Below are positions 20,823 to 31,373 of a stretch of 64,000 bases of DNA, one piece after another (the stretch's first letter is position 1; the number at the start of each line of letters is the position of its first letter). The notes beneath the pieces were generated by a model. It saw only the letters and a list, made by a program, of their open reading frames with translations. It was not told the origin of the DNA and searched no databases. The stretch is from an uncultured Gemmatimonadaceae bacterium (GTDB lineage Bacteria > Gemmatimonadota > Gemmatimonadetes > Gemmatimonadales > Gemmatimonadaceae): assembly GCA_963822945.1 (NCBI GenBank), contig CAWGJO010000020.1, forward strand, positions 800,001 to 864,000, given 5' to 3'. The position numbers and the translations under genes are program-made.

Positions 20823-23420
20823 ATGGCGCCGACTCCGCTGATGCAGCAGTACCAGGAGATCAAAGCGCGCCATCAGAACGCGATCGTGTTCTTTCGCATG
20901 GGTGAGTTCTACGAGATGTTCTTCGACGACGCCGAACTGGCGGCGCGAATTCTCGGGCTGACACTCACGGCACGGAACAACGGCGGTGCTGCGGACGTAC
21001 CGCTGGCCGGCGTGCCCGTAAAGGCGGCCAGCGATTACATCCGACGTCTGGTCGAGCGCGGGCACCGCGTGGCGATCTGCGAACAGGTGGAAGACCCCAA
21101 ACTCGCCAAAGGGGTCGTGCGGCGTGAGGTGATCGAGACCATCTCGCCGGGCGCCGCGCTGGCGGACGATCTGCTGCAGGGCGGCCGGAACAACTTCATC
21201 TGCGCCGTTTACGCCGCGGGTGCCAGGGTCGGTGTAGCCGCGGCCGACATCTCAACGGGCGAGCTGCGCCTGATCATCAGCACGACTACGGATCTCGAGC
21301 CGCTACTCGCGCGGTTGGCGCCGCGGGAAATGCTGGTCGCGCGTGGCGATACGGACGTGCATGCCGCCCGGATTCCGGGTGTCGAGGGAGCGCTGGTCAC
21401 GGAGCGTGAGGGGTGGGAGTTCGACGCCGCCATGGCACGCGACGACCTGGCGAAGGAGTTCGGCGTCCTCTCGCTGGACGGTCTTGGCCTGGAGGCCGAG
21501 GACACCGCCGCGGTCAGCGCCGCCGGCGCGCTCCTCCGCTACCTGCGTGAGCTGCAACCGTCGGGCGTACGACTGGCGCGACCAAGCGTCGAACGGCCGG
21601 GCGGCGTGATGCCGCTGGACGAGATGACACGCCGCAACCTGGAACTCGTCGAGTCGCTGCGCGGCGGCGATGTCGAAGGCACGCTGGCAGGCGTGCTCGA
21701 CCAGACCAAGACCCCGATGGGGGCGCGGCTCCTCCGGCAGTGGATGCTGGCCCCGCTGACCGACCGCGTGCTCATCGAAGCACGCCTGGATGCCGTGGAG
21801 GCGCTCGTTACCGACGCACTGGCCCGCTCTGCTCTGGTCGGAGCGCTGGACGGTGTGCGCGATATGGAGCGGCTGGCGACGAAGGCGGCGCTGGGGCGAA
21901 GCACTCCCCGAGACCTGAAGGCGCTGGGGCTGTCGTTGTCACGTCTTCCGGATGTGCACGACGCCGTGAGCCGCGTGGGCGGCGCCGGAGCACTGGCCGA
22001 GGTGCTCGCGGATTGGGATCCGTGCAGCGAACTCGCCGCCGCAATCGATGGAACCCTCGTCGAGCGTCCTCCGGTGGCGATCGGCGAGGACGCCACGATC
22101 GCGCCGGGGGTGGATACCGAACTGGACGAACTACGCTCGCTGCGTGACGGCGGAAAGGAAGCGATCGCGCGCATTCAGACCGAGGAGCGGGATCGTACGG
22201 GGATCGGGTCGCTCAAGGTCGGCTACAATCGGGTGTTCGGGTACTTCATCGAAGTCACGAAATCCAACCTGCATCTCGTACCCGACGACTATCAACGGCG
22301 GCAGACGCTCACCGGCGCGGAACGATTCGTGACGCCGGCCCTCAAGGAGTATGAGGAGCGCGTCCTGTCAGCCGCCGAGCAGATCGAAGCCCGGGAACGC
22401 CGACTGTTCGAAGATCTCCGAAGCCGCGCGGGCGGCGAGATCACTCGGCTGCAACGGACGGCCCGGATCGTGGCGGTACTGGATGTCCTGTCGGGACTCG
22501 CCGAGACCGCGGCGCGCGAACATTACGTCCGGCCGACGCTGCACGATGGCTTCGACCTGACGATCACCAGAGGCCGGCATCCGGTAGTAGAGCGGATGAT
22601 GCCACGCGACAAGTTCATTCCGAACGACGTCGTGCTCTCCGAAGACGGGCGGGTGATCATCCTGACCGGTCCGAACATGGCCGGCAAGTCGACGATCCTG
22701 CGGCAGGTCGGGCTGATCGTGTTGATGGCCCAGATGGGGAGCTTCGTACCGGCCTCGCAGGCGGCGATCGGAGTGGTGGACCGCGTGTTCACCCGCGTGG
22801 GCGCGAGCGACAATCTGGTACGTGGTCAGTCGACCTTCATGGTGGAGATGGCCGAAACGAGCGCCATTCTGCACAACGCCACCGCGCGGAGCCTGGTACT
22901 CCTGGACGAAATCGGGCGCGGGACCTCCACCTACGACGGCGTGTCGATCGCCTGGGCGGTGAGCGAGCACCTGCACAACCAGACGGGGTGCAAGACGGTG
23001 TTCGCCACGCACTACCATGAGCTGACGCAACTGGCCGATGAATTAGTAGCAGTTCGGAACTATAACGTCGGTGTACGGGAGGTCGGGGATCAGGTGCTGT
23101 TTCTGCACCGCCTGCAGCCAGGGGGGGCCGATCGCAGCTACGGGATCGAAGTGGGACGCCTGGCCGGGCTCCCGGACACGGTGATCGGACGGGCCCGCGA
23201 GGTCCTCCGCTTGCTGGAGGGAGAGCAACTGGTACCGGCGCTCCAACGTCGTGGGCAAGGGGGGCGCGCTTCCGAAGCGCCGTCCACGCCACAACTCGGC
23301 CTGTTCGGCGCCGAGGAGCATCCGGCGGTGAAACAGCTACGGACGGTGGATGTCGACAACCTCACGCCGCTCGAGGCCCTGACGCTGCTGAACGGCCTGG
23401 TACGCCAGGCAAAGGGCTAA
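20823..23420 (+). CDS. mutS: DNA mismatch repair protein MutS
   Basis: TPLMQQY, GEFYEMF, GPNMAGKST, DEIGRGTST, FATHY. Confidence 0.98.
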   Translation: MAPTPLMQQYQEIKARHQNAIVFFRMGEFYEMFFDDAELAARILGLTLTARNNGGAADVPLAGVPVKAASDYIRRLVERGHRVAICEQVEDPKLAKGVVRREVIETISPGAALADDLLQGGRNNFICAVYAAGARVGVAAADISTGELRLIISTTTDLEPLLARLAPREMLVARGDTDVHAARIPGVEGALVTEREGWEFDAAMARDDLAKEFGVLSLDGLGLEAEDTAAVSAAGALLRYLRELQPSGVRLARPSVERPGGVMPLDEMTRRNLELVESLRGGDVEGTLAGVLDQTKTPMGARLLRQWMLAPLTDRVLIEARLDAVEALVTDALARSALVGALDGVRDMERLATKAALGRSTPRDLKALGLSLSRLPDVHDAVSRVGGAGALAEVLADWDPCSELAAAIDGTLVERPPVAIGEDATIAPGVDTELDELRSLRDGGKEAIARIQTEERDRTGIGSLKVGYNRVFGYFIEVTKSNLHLVPDDYQRRQTLTGAERFVTPALKEYEERVLSAAEQIEARERRLFEDLRSRAGGEITRLQRTARIVAVLDVLSGLAETAAREHYVRPTLHDGFDLTITRGRHPVVERMMPRDKFIPNDVVLSEDGRVIILTGPNMAGKSTILRQVGLIVLMAQMGSFVPASQAAIGVVDRVFTRVGASDNLVRGQSTFMVEMAETSAILHNATARSLVLLDEIGRGTSTYDGVSIAWAVSEHLHNQTGCKTVFATHYHELTQLADELVAVRNYNVGVREVGDQVLFLHRLQPGGADRSYGIEVGRLAGLPDTVIGRAREVLRLLEGEQLVPALQRRGQGGRASEAPSTPQLGLFGAEEHPAVKQLRTVDVDNLTPLEALTLLNGLVRQAKG

Positions 23421-23535
23421 TGACGGAGAGCCCGTGGAGGGCGCTCGGACGCGACCTCGGCTCCCCGGGTCGAAACGCATGCAACGCGCTAACTTGGGAG
23501 CAACCTCAACCTTTCAACTGCGGCACCGACTCCCG

Positions 23536-24930
23536 ATGACGACGATTCGCAATCGCAAACCCTACGACAACGTCCTTCAAACCATCGGTTGGACTCCACT
23601 GATCCGATTGCACCGGGTCACACAGGGGGTTCGAACGCCGGTGTACGGCAAGGCCGAGTTCTTCAATCCGGGAGGGTCGGTAAAGGACCGGATCGGACTG
23701 CCGATCATCGAACGAGCAGAGCGCGAGGGAGGACTCAAGCCCGGCGGAACGATCGTCGAGGGAACGAGCGGCAACACGGGCGTCGGCCTCGCCATCGCCG
23801 CGGCGCTCAAGGGGTACCGGTGCATCTTCACGCTTCCCGACAAGATGTCGCAGGAGAAGGTGCGGCTGCTCAAGGCGTTCGGGGCCGAGGTGATCATCAC
23901 GCCGACCGCGGTGCCGCCCGATCATCCGGACAACTACGTGATGATGGCCAAGCGGATCGCCAAGGAGACCCCGAACGCGGTACTGGCCAACCAGTTCTAC
24001 AACGAAGCGAATCCCCAGGCGCATTACGACACCACGGGGCCCGAACTCTGGGAACAGAGCGAAGGCCGGATCACGCATTTCGTCGCCGCGGCCGGTACGG
24101 GCGGAACGCTGTCAGGCGTTGGGCGCTACCTGAAAGAGAAGAACCCGAAGATCCAGATCATTGCGGGCGATCCGGTGGGCTCGATTCTCGCCAATCTCTG
24201 GCGCAGCAAGGGCAAGAACGAGGGTGAAGGGGCACCGTACAAGGTGGAGGGCATCGGACAGGACAAGCTGCCCGGAACGCTCGACATGTCGGTGATCGAC
24301 GACTACGTCAGCGTCACCGACAAGGATGCCTTTGCGATGTCACGCCGGCTGACGCGTGAGGAGGGGCTGTTCGTGGGCGGGTCGGCCGGGCTGATCACGC
24401 ACGTGGCGCTGGAGGTGGCGAAGCGAATCGACGACCCCGGTGCGTTCGTGGTCACGTTCCTCTGCGACACGGGGGAGCGCTATCTGTCGAAGCTGTACAA
24501 CGACGAATGGATGCGTGAAAACCAATTGCTGGACGGCGACCACACGACGCTGGCGCAGGTCGTGGGGAGCAAGCCGACGACGGCTCAGCCCATCGTCAGT
24601 GTGGCTCCGGGCGCGAGTGTCCGGCAGGCGTTGCGGTTGATGTCGCTGCACGATGTCTCGCAACTCCCGGTGATGGACGGCGCGAATTGCGTGGGTTCGG
24701 TGAGCGAGTGGTCGCTCTCCGGGAAAGGGCTGGAGAACAGCAAGGTGCTCGACGCAGCAGTGGCCGAGGTCATGGACGCGCCCTTCCCCGTGGTGGATGC
24801 AGCGCAACCGGTGGACACGGTGGCGGCGCTGCTCTCCAAGGCCAATCCCGCGGTGCTCGTCCACGCCAATGGGGCTCCCACCGGCATCGTGACCCGTTCG
24901 GACATGCTGTCGTACCTGATGGCGAGATAG
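23536..24930 (+). CDS. cbs: Cystathionine beta-synthase (PLP enzyme with CBS domains)
   Basis: NPGGSVKDR, TSGNTG, GTGGT, YKVEGIG, GERYLSK, C-terminal CBS pair. Confidence 0.88.
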   Translation: MTTIRNRKPYDNVLQTIGWTPLIRLHRVTQGVRTPVYGKAEFFNPGGSVKDRIGLPIIERAEREGGLKPGGTIVEGTSGNTGVGLAIAAALKGYRCIFTLPDKMSQEKVRLLKAFGAEVIITPTAVPPDHPDNYVMMAKRIAKETPNAVLANQFYNEANPQAHYDTTGPELWEQSEGRITHFVAAAGTGGTLSGVGRYLKEKNPKIQIIAGDPVGSILANLWRSKGKNEGEGAPYKVEGIGQDKLPGTLDMSVIDDYVSVTDKDAFAMSRRLTREEGLFVGGSAGLITHVALEVAKRIDDPGAFVVTFLCDTGERYLSKLYNDEWMRENQLLDGDHTTLAQVVGSKPTTAQPIVSVAPGASVRQALRLMSLHDVSQLPVMDGANCVGSVSEWSLSGKGLENSKVLDAAVAEVMDAPFPVVDAAQPVDTVAALLSKANPAVLVHANGAPTGIVTRSDMLSYLMAR

Positions 24931-24966
24931 CGCTCGCCGACCCCCACCCCCACCGTACACACGCTC

Positions 24967-25984
24967 GTGCACATCACCGTTCTGCTGGGTGGCACCTCTT
25001 CGGAGCGCGATGTTTCCATCGCGTCGGGACTCCGCATCGCGGAAGCACTGCGGACCCGCGGACATCAGGTCGCCACCGTGGATACGGCGCACGGTCCGCT
25101 GAGCATGGACGAGGAACTTGCCCTCATCCGAGGAGCCGGTGATGAAGACGGCGCCCCCCTCCCGGGAGGCACTGGAGGAGATGGGGCGGAACGTACTGGG
25201 CCGGCTGGCGGAATTCCTGCCAAGCCCGGGCGACACGGACGTGGTGTTCGTGGCACTGCACGGCGGTACGGGCGAGGACGGCACCTTGCAGGCCCTGCTC
25301 GATCTGGTAGGGCTGCCCTATACGGGGAGTGGCCACCTGGCGAGCGCGTTGGCGATGGACAAGGATCTGTCGAAGCGGCTCTTCCGGGCGGCGGGGGTGC
25401 GCACGGCCGACTGGTTGATGGCACCCGCCGGCGTGGACGAGGTGGAAGCCAGTCTCGGGATGCCGGTCATCGTCAAGCCCTCGCGTGAGGGATCGACCGT
25501 GGGGCTGACGCTGGTGAAACGACCGGTCGAATTCGAAGCAGCGGTTTCGGAAGCGCAGCGCTACGACACCGAAGTGATGATCGAGCGATACATTCCGGGC
25601 CGAGAGCTGACGGTGGGAATTCTCGGCAACGACCCGCTCCCGGTTGGCGAGATCATTCCGAAGCACGAGATTTACGACTACGAGTGCAAGTACACGCCGG
25701 GCATGGCCGAAGAGCGGTTCCCGGCGGATATTTCTCCAGAGCAGGCGAAGGCGTTGCAGCGGCAGGCCCTGGATGCATTTCGGGCGTTGAAGCTGAGCGG
25801 TTACGCGCGCATCGACTTTCGACTGACCGAAGCCGGCGAGTCCTACTGTCTCGAAGCGAACACACTGCCGGGCATGACCGAGCTGAGTCTGATCCCACAG
25901 GGCGCGGCGGCGGCAGGAATCACGTTTCCCGAACTATGTGAGCGCATTGCCATGCTGGCACTGACCGGACGAGGGAGGGGTTGA
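24967..25984 (+). CDS. ddl: D-alanine--D-alanine ligase (one +1 frameshift near 25128, probably an assembly error)
   Basis: GGTSSERDVS in the first frame; LHGGTGEDG, MDK, GST, YDYECKY, EANTLPGMT in the second. Removing one C from ATCCGAG restores the frame. Confidence 0.9.
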
Positions 25985-26634
25985 TGGCAGTCGTGCCTCC
26001 AACTGCGGCGCTGGCGGGGGTTCCCGCCGGCGTGCAGGCGAATGGGCTCTGGCTGGGACGGCGGCAGCTGTTCGTGCGATTCGCCGCGGAAGCCGAAACG
26101 GCCACGATGTACACGCCGGATGCCCTGAGCACCGAGCTCGAGAAGCTGACAGGGCGCTCGACCTACCACTCGATCAGCGTGAGCGGCCGGGATCCGATGG
26201 CCAATGCCGCGTTTCTGCAGACGGCCTTCGAGTCACGCGCGCCGCGACTGCCCGTCATGGTGGACTGCGACGGTCAGCGGCCGGAGGCCGTGCCGATGCT
26301 GGCGCGATTCCTGGGGTTGTACCAGGTGACCCTGGAAGGGAAGCCGGCAGACTCGGCGGTGGAGCGCGCCATCGCCTCACTGAAGGCCGCGGCGGCGGCG
26401 GCCAAACCGCATGCTCTGGTACTGGCGCCGGACGACCGTACAACGGACGGTCAGATTCTCCGGGTGTTGTCGCAGGCCCACCTGGCCAGCCCGCAGGTTG
26501 CGGTGGTGGTGCACCCCCCACTGGAAGGAACGGGGGAAAACCGGCGCTGGCTTACGTTTATGGAGCAGGCCTCGACGCTGCACGCTGACATCCGGCTGCT
26601 GCCACGTCTTTCGCGACCCACCGGAATGCGCTAG
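25984..26634 (+). CDS. QueE-like protein lacking the radical-SAM CxxxCxxC motif
   Basis: VQANGLWLGRRQLFVRFA and SISVSGRDP resemble QueE IQGEG..GRRQIFVRFAGC and SLTGGEP; only one Cys in the whole protein. Confidence 0.65.
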   Translation: MAVVPPTAALAGVPAGVQANGLWLGRRQLFVRFAAEAETATMYTPDALSTELEKLTGRSTYHSISVSGRDPMANAAFLQTAFESRAPRLPVMVDCDGQRPEAVPMLARFLGLYQVTLEGKPADSAVERAIASLKAAAAAAKPHALVLAPDDRTTDGQILRVLSQAHLASPQVAVVVHPPLEGTGENRRWLTFMEQASTLHADIRLLPRLSRPTGMR

Positions 26635-26700
26635 GGTGAGCCAGGGGCTGGCGTAGCGGCGCCGGACCCGGCATGCTCTATAGTAGGGAGCCGTCCAACG

Positions 26701-27627
26701 ATGGGCGGCGAGCATCTCGGGGTTCCAATGGGATTTCCAAGCACAGACCAGACGGAGCTACACCACATCACGCCAGCCGTCCGATGGCTTGCCATCGCGT
26801 GGCTGGGGGTCGCGTTGTTGCAGGCGACCGTCGTGACGCCAGCCGACATGATGCATTGGCTGGCATTCCGGCCGTTGCTGGTGGAGCACGCGTGGTGGAC
26901 CCCGTTGAGCTATGCGTTCGTGCCGGACGGAATCGGCATGCTGGCGGTGGCGCTGTTCGCGTTGCTGCTGTTCGGGCCGCGCGTGGAACGCGTGTGGGGG
27001 ACGAAGGTCTTCAGCGCCTACTTTCTCTGGTGCGTGGCCGGCGGAGCCCTGGTGCACGGCATGTTCGTGCGCAGCGGAACACTGGCCGGGCCGAGCGCGG
27101 GCCTGTTCGGGGTGATGTTGGCGTACGCCTGGCTGTGGCCGAAGGAAGAGGTGTTCCTGTTCGGCGTGTTGCCGGTGCGGGTATGGACCATGGTCACCGC
27201 AGCGGCGGTGCTCCTCCTGTCGCTCGGTGTGACGGACGGTGGCGCGAGCGGATGGGGCTCTCTCGCGCATCTCGGCGGCTTCGTGTTCGCCGTGCTGTAC
27301 CTGAAGCGACCGAACCCGGCGAGCATCGACGAACTGCGACACCGGATGGCTCCGGCGCCGGATCCGACGGACGAAACCCCCCGTGCGATTCCCCGGACGC
27401 TTCCGCGGTCGCGGCGTGGCGACGAAGTGGACGAGATCGTGGCGCAGAGCAAGGCCGCGGTGGCAGAGCGGCCGGCACGCACGGCCCGAACCTCGACGAC
27501 GCGCGATGCGAAGCGCGAGGCGCTGAACCGCGTGTTGGACAAGATCTCGGAGCAGGGGCTGGACAGCCTGACCCCGCAGGACCGGACGCTGCTGGAAGAG
27601 ATGTCTCGGCGGCTCAGGGGCCGCTGA
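26701..27627 (+). CDS. Rhomboid-family intramembrane protease with a soluble C-terminal tail
   Basis: FGPRVERVWG, GPSAG, AHLGG; tail LNRVLDKISEQGLDSLT. Confidence 0.85.
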   Translation: MGGEHLGVPMGFPSTDQTELHHITPAVRWLAIAWLGVALLQATVVTPADMMHWLAFRPLLVEHAWWTPLSYAFVPDGIGMLAVALFALLLFGPRVERVWGTKVFSAYFLWCVAGGALVHGMFVRSGTLAGPSAGLFGVMLAYAWLWPKEEVFLFGVLPVRVWTMVTAAAVLLLSLGVTDGGASGWGSLAHLGGFVFAVLYLKRPNPASIDELRHRMAPAPDPTDETPRAIPRTLPRSRRGDEVDEIVAQSKAAVAERPARTARTSTTRDAKREALNRVLDKISEQGLDSLTPQDRTLLEEMSRRLRGR

Positions 27628-27758
27628 CGAGAAAGCCCCCCGGACTTGCCGGGGGGCGGGACCGCCACGCCGTTCTCGCGGCGGCGACGGCAGGTGAGAA
27701 GAGTCCACCTGCTCACGGCCAACGTACCACCTCATGGCGGAATGCGCCAGAACCAAAT

Positions 27759-28148
27759 ATGCCCAAGCCCGAACTGCTCGAAACCTTCCCCAATCCGTAC
27801 GCGGATCGTGACTACGAGATCCGGATGGAATGCAACGAATTCACATCGTTGTGCCCACTCGGCGGCGTGGAGAGCGATGCCGAGGAATTGAAGTTGCTGG
27901 AAGGCGGCGCTCCGGACTTCGGCACGATCACCATCGCCTATACACCCGACAAGCTCTGTCTGGAGCTCAAGAGTCTGAAGTTGTACCTGTGGAGCTTCCG
28001 CAACGACGGGATCTTCTACGAGCGCGCGGTGAACCGGATTCTGGACGATCTGTCGAGCACGTGTCGGCCGCGGTCGATGGAGGTGGTGGGGGACTTCAAT
28101 GTGCGCGGGGGGATCAAGTCGGTGATCAGGGCGCGAAAGGCGGTCTGA
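27759..28148 (+). CDS. queF: preQ0 reductase (type I QueF)
   Basis: EFTSLCP...PDFG, QueF motif ELKSLKLYL, FNVRGGI. Confidence 0.92.
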   Translation: MPKPELLETFPNPYADRDYEIRMECNEFTSLCPLGGVESDAEELKLLEGGAPDFGTITIAYTPDKLCLELKSLKLYLWSFRNDGIFYERAVNRILDDLSSTCRPRSMEVVGDFNVRGGIKSVIRARKAV

Positions 28149-28174
28149 CAGTCGGACAGTCGGACAGTCGGACA
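28147..28174 (+). repeat. 8-bp tandem repeat (GACAGTCG) x3.5
   Basis: Seen directly, starting at the queF stop codon. Confidence 0.9.
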
Positions 28175-28178
28175 GGAA

Positions 28179-28214
28179 AACGGCGGTGAATCCAGTCATG
28201 GATCCACCGCCGTT
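28179..28214. terminator. Hairpin terminator between convergent queF and TBDT
   Basis: AACGGCGGTG-AATCCA...TGGATC-CACCGCCGTT. Confidence 0.75.
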
Positions 28215-28239
28215 GTCATTTCCGACCTACCGACAAGTA

Positions 28240-31200
28240 CTAGAACGCGTACTTCAACTGGAACTGCAACTGGTAGTTGGACGACAGGTTGTTGGGGTTC
28301 CAGGTCTTGAAACTCGGGTCGAAGGTATAAACCGGTGCACCGGTGGCCAGGTTGCCGCCGGCGAGACTCCGGTAGCCGAGCAGCGTCTGGGCGCCGCCGA
28401 AGGTGGTGTACTGCTGATGGCCCCAGTTGTTGTTGAGCAGGTTGAGGAAGTTGAACACCTGCAATTCAAGTGAGATGTTGTGGAGCCGGCCGGCGCCGAA
28501 GCTCTGACGCACGGCGAGGTTCACGAGGTTCGTCCACGGCGTCGTACAGCTGTTGCGGGCCATGATATGACCGCGCTGGCTGTTCAGGCAGGGGTTGGAC
28601 TTGATGAAGTTCTCGAATGCCTGTGCCTGCTGGGCGGCCGTGACGCTCTGGCCGTTGAAGGTCGCCGTTGCGAACTGCATCTGCGTCGGATCCGTCGCGT
28701 CGGTGGGTACGTAGATCGGGTCGTTCTGCGTGAACCCGTCACCGTTGATGTCACCGTTGACGACGTAGTCGATCGGCGAGCCGGAGCCACCCTGGTAGAT
28801 GGCGCTGAGATCGGTGCGGGTGGGGAAGCTGTAGGTGCCGGTGGCGACGATCCTGTGCTTCTGCTCGAAGAGCGAACGCGTGGCCGTGGCATCGGACTGA
28901 TCACCGGCCCAGTCGCGGCCGTAGCGGTACTGCGAATACGCGGTGCTGCTCGAGAGGCTCTGCGCGTCCCTGACGTGCGAGTAGGTGTAGAACACCGAGC
29001 CCTCGAACTGGTTGTAGAACCGCCGCTGCACGCCGGCGGTGAGGTTGTAGGCGTAGTCGTGCGACTGGTTGGAAACATCGAGCACGGTATTGCGGTCGGT
29101 GTGCTTGAGCACCGGGTTGAACGGCGTCAGACCGTACAGCACGCGACCGTGCGCGTCGGTCCCCTGCGGGCCGGCGAGGGCGATGTTCTGGTAGAATGGG
29201 TTGTTGATACCCTTGGTGTACATGGCCTCGAGCGTTCCGATCCAGTGGTCCGCAAGCTGGCGATCGTAGCCCAGCGTCAAGCGGGCGTTCTGGGGGAACT
29301 TGAGGTTCTTGCTGAGCAGGTCGATTTCACCACCGGCGGATGGCGTCAAGCCATTAGCGCAAGCCTGCGGCGGAGTGGTAACGGCTGCCGACGAGAACGC
29401 AGGTGCGTTCGCACCGTTACACGTGAGCACGCCGACGCCAACGCTGCCGGAGTTCTGGAAGGCGTTTCCGAGCCAGACGTAGGCCGGGCGACCGGTGAAG
29501 AGGCCGATGCCGCCGCGGAGTTGGTTCTTCTGATCGCCGGTCACGTCCCAGTTGAAGCCGACGCGCGGCGACCACTGGATGTTGCCCGACGGCACGTCCT
29601 GCGTATTGCGGCCGAGGGAATCGAACACGGACTGGTTGAACGGCGGCTTGGAGAAGAAGATCGGGTCGTCCATGCGCAAGTCCGTAGGTGACCGAAAGCT
29701 GGCTGGACACGGTCCACTCGTCCTCAACGTAGGCGGCGTAGTTGCCGGCGCGGAAACGCACGGCCCCGTCGCCCGACAGCGGAACGCCGACGACGTACTG
29801 GCGAGCGATGCCCTGGTTGAGGGAGTCGAGCGTGCCGAAGGTCCAGACACCGTAGGACGCCTGGGTGAACAGATTGCGAACCTTGTACCACTGGCCGGTG
29901 GCGCCGAAGGTGACACGGTGCGAGGCACCCACGGGGATGGTGTAGTTGTCGGTCAGTTCGATGAGGTCCTGATCGAGCTGGTTCCCCTGCGAGTACCGCT
30001 CGGCTCCGTCGACGATGCCGTAACCGCCGTTGTAGACGGTGACCTGAGGCGCGATCACGCCCGGGATTCCGGCGGTCGCGAATCGTCTCGTAGTTGACGA
30101 GCAATTCGTTGAAGCTGCCGTTGTCGAACAGGGTACGTAGCTGGGCGACGGCGGCATTCTTCTTGGACGAGAAGTGATAGCCGTTGTTGTCGAGCTGGAA
30201 GGTGGAGGCCGAGCGGCTAAAGATGTCCTGCACGGCACGGCCGTAGTTGTCGCGGATCACGAGCTGGGTGTTGCCCGGGAGATTGAAATCGAAGCGGGCG
30301 AACACGTTGGCGAGTGGGTTGCCGTTGTTGACGAGTGCGCCTGAGCCGGTGGGCATGCCATAGGCTGCCAGGGCCTGGTTGACCTGATCGACATTGGCCT
30401 GTGAGGGGCCGGGGAGGGAGCCGCCCACATACGGTCCGTTGGCGGGAGACGTACGGGCCTGCCACTCTGCGTCGACGAAGAACAGCGCCCTGTCCTTGAT
30501 GAGCGGGCCGCCGATGTTGAAACCGCCCTGCGACTGCTTGTAGTTGGTGATGTAGGGTTGGCTGCGCGTATAGCCCTGATTGCGCGTGGTGCCGTACATC
30601 GATCCGTGCCATTCGTTGGTACCGCTCTTGGTGACGGCGTTGACGAGAAGGCCGGAGAAGTTGCCCTGGCGGACATCGAAGGGCGAGAGCAGGACCTGGT
30701 ACTCCTTGACCGCGCCGAGCCCGATGGACTTCCCGTTGGCCTGTCCGCCCGGCTGACCGGTGGAACCGAGGCCGAACAGGTCGGCTTCGGTGGAACCGTC
30801 GATCTGGATGTTGTTGTACCGGTTGTTGGTGCCGCCGCCGGAGAGGCCAGGGCCGGCGGTGGAAACCTGGGGTGTGAGGACGACGAAGTCGGTGAAATTG
30901 CCGTTCAGCGTCGGCAGCCGGCGCAGCGCCGAGTCGGAGATCGTGGTCGTGACGCCGGTGTGCGACGACGACATCACGGGGTCCTGATTGGCGACGACGT
31001 TGACGGCCTGGAGTTGAGTGGCCTGCGTGACGAGCTCGAAATCGACGCGAGTCACCTGGCTGAGGACGACGACGATATTGTCGCGTGTCTGCGGCTGAAA
31101 GCCGATGCGGCGCACGGTCACCGAATAGCGGCTTCCGACTTCGAGGCCGGGTACCGTATAGCGTCCGTCGGTACGAGTCGTGACACGGCTCGTGAAACCG

Positions 31201-31373
31201 GTGGTCCGGTTGACGACCTGGATCTGGGCGCCTTCGACGCCCATGTGCTGGTCGCTCGTCACGGTGCCGGAGATGGCGCCGGTGGTGACACCCTGCGCGG
31301 CCAGCGCCGCAGGCGTCGCGATCGCGAAAGCGACGGCGACCAGCCCGCGGAGCGTCCAACGAGGAATCGACAT
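28240..31373 (-). pseudogene. Oar-like TonB-dependent receptor, copy 2 (two +1 frameshifts as assembled, near 30065 and 29680; possibly intact in vivo)
   Basis: Collinear with the intact paralog at 31776-34904 across three frames; ends YQLQFQLKYAF. Confidence 0.85.

Noticed and set aside
25118..25140. Programmed ribosomal frameshift in ddl (or in the other split genes)
   Set aside because: No slippery heptamer is present, and many similar single-base indels across the window point to consensus error.
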